A program made the translations under genes and the position numbers. A stretch of 62,532 bases of DNA, the filler included, from Choristocarpus tenellus KU-1152 (Eukaryota; Protista; Phaeophyceae), in the NCBI GenBank assembly GCA_964200185.2. It is 11 parts of 11 records of this genome, joined end to end, with 100 filler letters (N's around TTAATTAATTAA, not from the genome) between each part and the next. Parts side by side here need not be neighbours in the genome. Positions count along the whole stretch, not along the records: positions 50,900 to 56,704 come from CAXNAD020009712.1; positions 56,805 to 62,532 come from CAXNAD020009895.1; 9 more parts are not named here. One strand, given 5' to 3'. Positions 52,688 to 62,532 of this stretch are shown here, piece after piece (position 1 is the first letter of the stretch; every line of letters starts with the position of its first letter). The notes below the pieces were generated by a model. The model had not been told where the DNA came from and did no database searches. It saw only the letters and a list, made by a program, of their open reading frames with translations.

Positions 52688-54244
52688 ATCCTCCAGAATA
52701 CACATGGCTATTGGAGAAGCAGTAAACACCTGTACAAGCGTTGTAGGATAAAGGAATGCACTGAGTTGATATGCCACTCCTAAAAGTATTTTCAAAGTGG
52801 CAGTAGACACATATCAACTTCGAACATAATGAATGAACCAAAAGCAATGACTGCCCATAAATCCATCCGACCTTCACTATTCCTGTACCTTGATTTTCCA
52901 GTTACGTATTCTGGAATAAGGTACGAAATAGCGCTGTGAAGCACAAGATACGGGATATTGATCCCACTCTCAAAATAATCCTTCAAATCAACGGTTTCAC
53001 TGTACTACGGTCCTTCATAGTGTTGGGCGTCATGAATATCGCAGATGCATCTCAGTCAATAGTCCGTACAGTAAGTAATGTGGTTCAGGATGGCATAGGC
53101 ACCTGCCCTCTCGTTCTACTTTTTTGTCCTTCCCCATTCCCTGGACACCCAGCTGTCAATATGTGCCTCCTCTATCTTTGCATAGCTATCTCCTCGCCCC
53201 ACTACTTATACAGGAGTAGTGGCCGCTGGTATTCGGCAAATATTAAAAAAAGAACGTTCACATTATCCACTAGGTATTTACTAAATACTCAGTATTTTTT
53301 AAGAACTTCGTATCAATGGTGTCAATAGATGCAAAATATTTACTATGTGTGTTCTGTTGTTCGAAACAACGTATGGTATAATTTGGTGTTGGTAATAATT
53401 CTGTTGGTGGACCCTACCACCTCAAAACCTAAGTATGGCACTGCCCATAAACAAGACAAAATATAACGTTTTGTTTGTGGTGGCGTGTCAAGTGCAGACT
53501 ACTTACACACCTAAATCAGAGTTCACGTATGATTGGGGGAGATGTGCCTGCTAAGGGCACTCATGATGCTATGGTTATGATGCAATATTTACAAATGGAT
53601 GTGAAGAGCATCTATTCAAGTTGCCACAGCAGATCAAAGCAGGTTCATTGAGTGAGGTAAAGTATTTGTGACATAGGTTCCCACACACACTGAGAATAAA
53701 TTGAACCCCAAAAGAGTAGTTGACTCCGAAGCAACCTATCCTTGTGAGCTTCTGATGGGATGCAGACTTCAATGAGTGAGACAATGACTTTTGGTCTAGT
53801 CAAAGGGCAAAGTAGTTAGTTACGATGTAGGTACGGTTGACGTATCAACAACCCATAGGGTTAAGAAGATGAAGAAGGGGTGGAGCAATAGATATTGCTT
53901 TAACGTGTCTTGTACTAGAGATTGTACAAAAAGCAGGAACATTGGCATATTATGTCATGATTGTCTCACCCTCTCCATGAAACTTGTCGTTTTCCCACTG
54001 GCCAGAGTAGACGGAGCCATCAGTGAAATTGAAGACTCCCTTTCCCAGGATTGTGTCAACAATTTTGTGTGTTGGCAGTGTGAGTGTTTGTGAACATTCA
54101 TATTGTTAACTGATAGATCTAGATTTTTTATGTCAAGGAGAATCATGTAGTATGTCCTGAGCTCTAGAGCCTAATCCACATGGCCAAATCAGTGACCTGG
54201 GCGAGACTATATGGTGTACAGACGATATTGGTTTGCCAAGTTAG

Positions 54245-54683
54245 GACTCGAATTATCTGGGGGGGGGTCTACAACAGGGTGTCCATTTGGACCCTGACCA
54301 GGAAAAGTGCACTTACATTATCCATCCGACACATGCAAGAAACAGAGTGTCTTAGAGGGTAGAGTCGCGTCCATTTGGAGGCCAAAATCCAATGTTGCGA
54401 TTTTTATGTAATTTTGGCTATTGTGTTTGTTAGGAGGTGTCAATATCCTTGTTCCGAACAAACCTTTTCATAACATATACATCTTACCTACTCTACAATA
54501 TTTTAGAGTGGGAAAATGTCATAAAACCCCTAAGGGAAGCCAAGACCCAAATGGACAAACAGGGCAAAATTCGTACCCTCTAAGATGCTTTCACTCGCAA
54601 CCAAATCACCCAAAAATCGCAACATGGAAAAATGGACCCCGAATGGACAGCTGCCACGCCACCCCCCCCAGACACTTTGAGCC
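54245..54683 (+). mobile_element. MITE family B copy carrying a nested family A insertion (54339-54596)
   Basis: The B left arm ends ...ACATGCAA, then a full A element, then GCAA-CCAAATCACCC... of the B right arm. Uninterrupted B copies read ATGCAACCAAATCAC, so GCAA is the TSD. Confidence 0.92.
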
Positions 54684-55779
54684 TAGCCAACCAACTCAAT
54701 ACAATAAATGATCAACGTATACCTGAGTAACTATATGATTCCTGTGCACAGAGAACCAGAATACTCAATAGCATCAAACGTGGATTGCTTCGGGGACCTT
54801 GGCGTACACGCAAGAGCATTTTCTGGATGACCAGACAACTCATGTTACGGGCTGTAGAGGGGTGGAGGGCTTTGGTTGCAATAGGAAGGGAACAGTGGAG
54901 ACACTCCTGCGACAAACAGATTGATGTGTCAGATACTACTACCACTACTACTTCAGGTCGATGGGCTAGGAGAGGTTTGACTCGTTTGTGGGATCATTTC
55001 CTTAGTTCTTCTCCCCCATCACTTTGTTTCCTATATATATTATCACGTGCTTTTTGTAGATTTCGTCTTTTATTTTTCTTACATATATATCCACATACAC
55101 ACCATTATAACTAACTCTGGTAGGTGTTTGTCATAGTCCTCTCCTGTAGTTTTTGTGGTGTTCTTTACATGGTGTTTCTTCTTCTCAAGAGACTTTATTG
55201 CTGTTACGCTCGTTATTTTCTTTCTTTTATTCATTTTCTTGTTTTTCCTACAGTACACACAATCACCGCAACAAGTCTGTGCGCATAGCAATTATTATTT
55301 TGTAGTATATTTTCTGGACGGAGGAAATAGTACGGGACTGGGGTACTACATAGTATGAAGTATTTGTTAAATAGTAGTACTCGTATTGATAATATAGTAG
55401 TAGTAGAATTATTAGTATTCAAATTGTACTCCAACAAGAGTATGTTATTATGCCAACTTACACATTTTCCATTCTTAGGGTATAGAATACACCAAATACA
55501 ATAATAAACAAAATATCAGAGGGTATAATAATAAAAAATAGTAAACAATACTACTAATAATGTAGTCCATATTTACTCCTTCAGATATACCAACATTTAC
55601 AGTTTTAGTGCAGTATCTGCAAATAAGAAAAAAAATCCCAAGAAAACTAAGACTACTACAGGTAACTACGATAACAGGTGAAACTACACCCAAACTGAGA
55701 TTGTGAAGATGGTCTAGAAGCAAGGGAAGAGTCCCAAGAGTGAGGTAAGCCCCGTCTAGCGCACTGAACCAAGTGTCTC

Positions 55780-56130
55780 TAGTTTTTATCCACATGACAA
55801 GCCTGGAGATAGAAATTTGTGCTGTGACTGACACAATCTGTTGCAGGCGTGTCTTCACTGCTCCCTTCCTATCAAAAGCCCTCAGTCCCCCTACAACCCA
55901 CTACATGGGTTGCCACCTCATCCAGGAAGAGCTCTTCCTGTGTGCCTAGGCGCCCAAAGCTTTCCACCATGAAAAAGTGTTGAATCAAGCTAAAATGGAG
56001 TTTAAAAAAATATCCCTTCGTAGTGTGGTTATGCTTCTTGGCCTCAGCTGCACCAGGAGTAATGGTGTTTATTGATAGCGTTTGTTGGAGGAGATGGCAA
56101 TCCACTTGGACCTCTGAAAAGGTCATATCC
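55780..56130 (-). mobile_element. 3' remnant of a non-LTR retrotransposon with a restriction-like endonuclease domain (CRE/NeSL-like)
   Basis: AAEAKKHNH...FMVESFGRLGTQEELFLDEVATHVVG...KTRLQQIVSVTAQISISR matches the 'A...K..Y...F..E.FGR.G..A..F' RLE C-terminus. Broken by stops. Confidence 0.55.
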
Positions 56131-56531
56131 AGGAAGTAGTGAAGACCTTTTCCTCATAATAAGGGGTAGTGGCTGCATTATCGTAGCAAGCAAAGTTCTT
56201 TTGCCACACTGGAGTGTACCGGAGGAGAACAAAAAAGAGCGAGTGCATCGTGAACGACAAGGAGTAACGTCACCCAGGCTATTATTTATTTATTGTGCGT
56301 AACTTAAAAATGAAATAGCACCTTGGACCATTTTTTGCACCTAATAACCAGGAATTCCTACCCATAACTCTAGTAAGTAGTAGCAGGTGATATTATTTAT
56401 GAACAAATAACACGATGTTGTAACCCTTCGTCATCATGCCACCATTACTACTGCTGATACTATCCATGATGACCACTGATCACACACACTCACACACACA
56501 TAGAATGTGTTCTACGACTTAATACCTGATT

Positions 56532-56658
56532 GGGTCAAAGTATCTGGGGGGGGGGTGTCGGCGTCCGTTTTTTACCCTCTTTTCGATTCTAAATATTTGT
56601 TTGACCGAAACAGACGCCCATTCACAAACCACCCCCCCCCCCCCAGATACCTTGACCC
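56532..56658 (+). mobile_element. Short MITE with family B-type TIRs but a different interior (partial second copy at 8143-8212)
   Basis: GGGTCAAAGTATCTGGGGGGG ... CCCCCCAGATACCTTGACCC. The interior TTTGACCGAAAC.GA.GCCC.TTCACAAACCACCCC is shared with 8156-8212. Confidence 0.8.
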
Positions 56659-56805
56659 CGTACACCCAAGGGCACACAAGGCTCACCCAACGACCGCCTT
56701 GATANNNNNNNNNNNNNNNNNNNNNNNNNNNNNNNNNNNNNNNNNNNNTTAATTAATTAANNNNNNNNNNNNNNNNNNNNNNNNNNNNNNNNNNNNNNNN
56801 NNNNG

Positions 56806-59800
56806 CCTTCCTCCCTTGCTCCTCGAGTAGAGGATCCCCCGCCCCTCCCCCCAGAGACTGAGACTGGCGAGGGTGGAAGGGGTAGGGGAGCCTCGGCCGC
56901 GCTCGCCCGTTCTGCAGAGTTTGGGTCCGCGATTGTCTCGGCTTCGTCCCAATCGACGGACAGGACAAGAGATCTCGACGGAAAGGGTGGGGAGGCTTTG
57001 AGAATGGACGTTGGAGATGGAAACGCCGGGGATGAGAAGAAGGAGACTGGGCAGGAGGAGGCAGGAGTTGGCGCAGGAGATGTAGAGCGTGTGCTCCGAG
57101 AGCGTGAATGTCAGCTGGAGCAATGGTCGGATGCCTTGGCTGGTCAGGCCCTGGCGCTGAGAGAGCAGGCTCGGAAGTTGGAAGAGGCTTACGGCCACCT
57201 CCATCGGAGGGAGGAAGTTGTACCTGCCGGTGCTGTTGGAGAGGGGCTGGATGGGGTTGGTTTTGGGGAGGCGCGAGAGGATATGGAAGGCGTTGTCCAA
57301 GGTGGAGGTGTAGCGCCGTTGAGGGCAAAGGAGACAGTAGCGGGGACAGGGGCAGAAGCAGTGGGAGAAGGCGTAACTGCCGGACTACGACTATCGGGTT
57401 CGACTTTGGGCAAGGGGATGACGGTGGATGTGCTTGGTCCGATGCATGCAACCACTTTCAGGAAGTCGAGTATGGCACCTGCAGTGGGTTCAAGTGAGGG
57501 TGGGTATGAAGAAATGAAGGATGTATGGAAGCAGTCTGCTGAGGAGGGTAGACCTGGTGGACAACATGGTACAGGGACTGTGTTAACAGGACCATCATCA
57601 TCCCTCCAGGCCGGTCGTCTTCTCAACCGTGGGGGAGACAGGGTTACGGAGATAAGAGAGAGAGACAGAGAGGCTGAGAGGGAGGTAGTGAGACTTGCAG
57701 AAGTGGGACGGGAGCTGGAGGCGGAGCGGCGGAGACTGGAGGAAGTCTCTCGGATGATGGAGAGAGACAGGGCCCGGGCAGAGGCGGAGAGGAAGGAAGC
57801 AGAGGAGGGAAGAAGAGAGCTGACGCAGCAACGGGTCAGACTTGAGCAGGAGAAAAGCAGGATAGCTTCCGAAAAGGGTGGCATGGAGGCAGAACGATGT
57901 CTGCTTGCGACAGAGAGGGGGAGACTAGAGACTGAACGTTTACGTGTCCAGAGAGCTGCCGCCAAGGCTATGATGTCTGGAGAGAGAACTGTTTCAGGAA
58001 TCGGTCTACAGCGTGAAGGTGGCGCCAGCTTGGCTGTTGTGCCTTCTGTTCCTGGTGCATCCTCAGGACTTGAGCGGAGTGCACGGGGTGGAGACAGTAG
58101 TGTGGATGGCGGTAGGGCTGAGGGGAAGGTGGGGACGATGCCTTCAAGGGCGCATGGGAAGGGGGTTGGGATTGGTAGACAGGATGAGAAACAGGGTCAA
58201 GAAGAGGTAGAGGGTGGCGGATCAGTGGGTGTGGTGGAGAGGGATCGTGGCCCAAGTCCTTCTGCAATGATGGGTGCATTAGGACCTGGAAGACTGCCTC
58301 AGGTTGGTGATGGCAGTACATCACAGCATCGAGAGAGTGAAGGGCGCACTCCCGTGGATAGGTCAGGTTACAGGGTCAGTCGTGCTGATCAGGTGAAGTT
58401 AGGTGAACTTTCAAGAGATTATGATGAAACCATGGCTCTTGAGTCTGGAGGTCAAGCGCAAGCATCGATTCAGAGTCACCAGTCAACAAGGCCACCTCTT
58501 GGTGTGGCAATCAAGAGTGTTAGCTCAAGGGTACAGCCTACTAGGCAAGATCTTTGGTCTCCAGGAGGACAAGGGGGAGACCCTCAGGACTCAGAAGTGC
58601 GATTAGGTTCAGAAACAGGACCAGGAATGGTACAGGGTCAAGATCAGTCATTACGTCCAGGTTCTTCCTCATCTCACAACTCTGATACTGGTAGGAATGT
58701 GGCCAATGAGGAAATTCACCAGGGTCGTGATCTACACACAGCACAAGAATTAACAACAACCTCTGCCCCAGAAGTCGGTGTTGTCGACCCTACAGCTGCA
58801 AGAGTGGGATCAAATCTGGACTTTGCAGCACCTGAGGAGTCTGTTCAGACAAGAGTGGAAGGAATTGAGTCACGCAAGGGTAGTCGATCATCACTACCAT
58901 CTCGAACTGGCTCTGTTGTGGGACAAATCACAGTGCGGGACCATGTTCATCAGCTGGAGCTCAACAGTCAAGATACCAATTTCAATTCTGGTGCTGATCC
59001 TGGTTCGGGGTCTGCAAGGAGAATCGTTGAGCAGGGAGGTAGAAGTGAAGGTGTACACCAACGTGGAAGTCGAAGGGGCACCTTTGAACACCAAGGACAA
59101 AAAGGAAGCACACAAATGGGATCTAGGGGCTCTGAGGTGAGGTGACTTTGTGATTAGCTATACTTCTTTCTAGTGACAGAGTCAAAGTATCTTAGAGAGG
59201 GTAGAGCCGTGTCCATTTGGGGGCCAAATCCAATATTGCGATTTCGATGTAGTTTTGGCTATCTTGTTTGTTAGAAAGCGTCAATATCCTTGTTCTGGCC
59301 GCATTGTTTCATAACCTACACTCTTTACCTACTCCGAGTAGGTAAAGAGTGATGAAAAAAAAACATGGGAAGCCAAGCCCCAAATGGATAAACAGGGCAA
59401 AACTCGTACCCTCTCTTAATAAGATACTTTCACTTGACAAATAAGAAAACTTGCACTTTTCCATTTTTTTACTCGCATAGTTTAAGTTTTTCCTTAATGC
59501 CCTATTTTGACCTTCCCAAACTTGTCCTTAACCTACTCTTTCTGTGCCCCCTGTTTCCTCTATCTTTGCGGGTGTCCAACCTTGCCAAACAAGACAATAC
59601 CCAGGGAATCGTCTTCACGTCTACAGCAGTCCCCCACATCCACATCCACTGACACAAGGGCAGTCCCAGGTCGCTCTCGGAGTCACCAAGGTCGATGTCG
59701 GGATTCTTCCTCAGTCCCAGCATATGGTAGGGCAGAGTCAGCAGCCGCAGCAGCAGCAGCAGCAGCAGGGGCAGCCCTGGTAGCAGGGGATGACCCCTTC

Positions 59801-60946
59801 CTTGCACAGCTTCAAGCCCGACTTGCAGGGACAGAACACGGACTGCAGGAGTCACTCGGTCGACGACGCGCACTGTTGAGCGGTTTTGGGCACCAAGGGG
59901 GTGAAACTGGCGGCGAGGGGAGTCTGGGAATCAGTGAGGGTGATGAACTGTCCTCTGACATCCCTTCAACCTCTGCTGCAATGTCGATCGCCTCACTCTC
60001 TGCCTCCTCGCTCTCCCCCCCAGCATCTGCCAGGCGCAGATCTGGGAGTAGGGTTAAAGGAGGGGCAAGAAAAGATGCAGGGGTGGCCAGACCTGGCGGC
60101 AGATCCAGGAACATTATGCTCCCTGAGGCGGCTTCTCCTCAATTACGTTCAGAGAGGATAAATCGGTCAAGAAACCCAGTGACAAAACCTAGTGCTGATC
60201 CGGAAGCTCGGGCTAGCTCGAGGGAAAGGGGTTGGGGCGAACAACAGACGGTAGCTAGGGCGAGGGGTAGGGAGGGGGCAACGTCTGCCATAATATCTGA
60301 GGCAGTAACTGATGACAACCCTCCGAAAACAAAAGCAGTTGGAGAGGTGGGGGGCAGGCCTTGGCAAGTCAGGAGAAGTTTGGGGGGAGGGGAACCAAGT
60401 CAGGGAGAATACGCACAAGAGAATGGCAACAGGAGAAGAGAATCTTCCCCCCCGGTTGCAGCGAGGGTAAGTACCCAACAAACCGGGCATGGTGCTGTCG
60501 TACCAGGTCAGGGAATACGATATTCAGCTTTGGAGGACACGGCTAGTGATACTGATGACACAGAGGCCGATAAGGAAAACCTTCGGATGCTAATGCTATC
60601 ACTGGGCGGTGAAGAGGAGGATGAGGTGCAGCAAAGGCTTGGGGAGGGGGAGGAGAAGGGTGAAGGAAACGAGTGGCAAGATGAAGGCAGACACAGAAAT
60701 CTCCAGGGTGCATCTCATACTGAGCCAGGGGCTGCTGCACTGGTGTTTAGAGGGGATGATACGGGAGATGATCAGGTAGTGATGGGTCTCAATGCAAGTT
60801 ATGATGAGGGGACAAGGGAAGGACCGTGGAATGTAACTGGAGAAGCAGATGCCGGAGGTGGGAACACACTGTTCTTGTCTTCTGTGAAGGATCAGCACCA
60901 AGACATCTCCACTCATTTGCACGATATCTCGCTGCAATCTCTGCAG
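56806..60946 (+). CDS. Large G/S/E/R-rich disordered protein with coiled-coil segments; two very long exons, partial
   Basis: The frame is open from the contig start 56806 to the donor at 59136/59137 (GAG|GTGAGG), about 777 codons. A second exon runs from about 59594 to 60946 (AAG|ACA ... CAG|GTCAGT), about 451 codons, in a compatible phase. Heptad E/R-rich stretch RELEAERRRLEE...RLETERLRVQR. The intron contains a MITE. No family recognised. Confidence 0.75.
59179..59435 (+). mobile_element. MITE family A copy in an intron
   Basis: GAGTCAAAGTATCTTAGAGAGGGTA ... TACCCTCTCTTAATAAGATACTTTCACTT with a 4-bp TSD GACA. Confidence 0.9.
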
Positions 60947-62532
60947 GTCAGTGAATGATGTGAGTGACCACAGGGTGTAATGTGGGAGGGGAGATTGTTC
61001 TTTATGGAGTCATCATATGTGCAGTATATGTTCACCTGAGTGAGAGCCTGAGAGAGAGTGTGAGTATGTGATGTGCGATTTTTGTGTGTGTTCTACCCAA
61101 GGAATTCTAGGCCCTGCAGTCCATGCAATAATTATTATCTGCTGAGGGGAGAAACAGAGGTGGCGTCTACTTTGAACTAACTGGATAGAATAGCATCAAG
61201 AAGATATTCGCAGACAGTGCAGGTAGATTCGGGCAATAGTTCAGTAGGAGGATGCTGCGGTTCAAGTTGAAGTTGAAGGTCTAGAATGCTTCTATTGTAC
61301 GAAGTAGGTATTTCTTTGTTGCCGCACAGTTTTTTTTCACTTTCTTGTCCCTCCTTCAAATATTGTCTGGGGCCTAAGGATACTTCCTTGTCACTCTCTA
61401 TTTTTCACTTTACTACTGCATCTTTCCTGCTGGGCAGGGCCTTGGGCTCTCATCATTAGGAGAGGAGAATCAAGAATGCTAAGAGAGACCGGGTCAAGGC
61501 AAGGGTTGCATTCTGGACAAGACTTGATTCCACTCGGGTGCCAAGATAGATATCTGCTTGGATTGTTTGCTGTTGTGTGGATGGGCGGATATAGAAGGGT
61601 ACAATGTCTTGTCCTACTTGCTAGCATTGACATCGGAGGGAACCTTCTGTAGACAAACATATTCTGTACACAGTCTTCATTTGTCTCTTTTAGTGCTGTT
61701 ATAGTGTCCTGTGTCAAATACTCACCCCCTGAATTGCCATTCATTCCCAGGGAATTGTTTATTTTGTCGTTTTTTTGTGGGTACAATTGTATAGATACGG
61801 GAAAAGATGTAGGCGTATTAAGTTTCCTTTTCACCATTGTTACAAAATTTCAAATCTATCTGTACTTAGATTCTTAGATCGTTAGGTAGGGGAAGATAAT
61901 GTTTTGCTGCAGAAAACCTTTACTGTGATCCCACAGAAAGAGCGAAAAGGAAGAGGAGGGATCACAGTTACAATGTTGGATTGTTGAGCCTGCAGTTACA
62001 ATGTTTTTGTAAGGAGTTGAGTTGGTGACGGGATAGGGATTTATGGATTAGGGCTACTTTTTCTTTTTTATGTGGCACTTTTTTTTCTTGCGAAGTTGGC
62101 ACCTCCAACTGCCTGTTGAAAGACTATCAAGTAATTCCAGGTTGACACAGTAAGCCCTCACTCCAGGAGCCGGCAACTGCTCTAAGTGATTGAAATATAG
62201 CAGCGTACCATGCCCGCAGTATTATGTCTCTTGTGAAGAATGGTCCAGATCTGTTGCTGATCACAAGGAACCCTGGAAGGAGGAGAGGAGCTTCCTATTC
62301 ACTGCCACCCCGGTAAATGTAGCAAATATTATGTAGTAAATGTAGCAATCTTCTCTCTCTTTCCCTCCCACATGTGTCCAAAACAATCAAGGGTTGTTTC
62401 AACGGCATTGTGCTTAATAGAAGAGTATGCCAAAACAAAAAAAAAAAAAAAAATAGGAAAATGGGTATTTGTGGTGGGGAAAGACCAGGGGGGGGAAGGA
62501 AACGAAATGCTATATTTAAACCGCTGTACTGG

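Noticed and set aside
56749-58324. Long minus-strand ORFs (183, 232 and 258 aa)
   Set aside because: Antisense shadows of the GA-rich plus-strand exon; S/P/L-rich with no motifs.

Overview
Eukaryotic, intron-rich DNA. It is almost certainly a photosynthetic stramenopile and most likely a brown alga or close relative: bipartite ASAFAP-type plastid presequences, a fucoxanthin-chlorophyll LHC gene and a beta-helix alginate-lyase-like gene. The window is not contiguous: it holds 11 short contigs joined by an artificial 100-nt linker (N44-TTAATTAATTAA-N44), so neighbourhood across linkers has no biological meaning. By reading GT-AG exons by hand I reconstructed: a plastid-targeted aspartate/prephenate aminotransferase (5' part), a pectin-lyase-fold PL31/PL41-like protein (internal part), CMC2, an LHC (LHCX-like) protein, an HTATIP2/TIP30-like oxidoreductase, the 3' end of a P1B-1 Cu-ATPase, and a very large low-complexity coiled-coil protein. 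The rest is decayed transposons (RTE and RLE-type LINEs, DD39D mariner) and at least three related foldback MITE families with GRG...CTC-type ends and 3-4 bp target duplications, one nested inside another. I find no support for a new multi-gene system. The most noteworthy items are the putative alginate lyase, the Sola2-like MITE group with CpG-decay signatures, and the divergent LHC.
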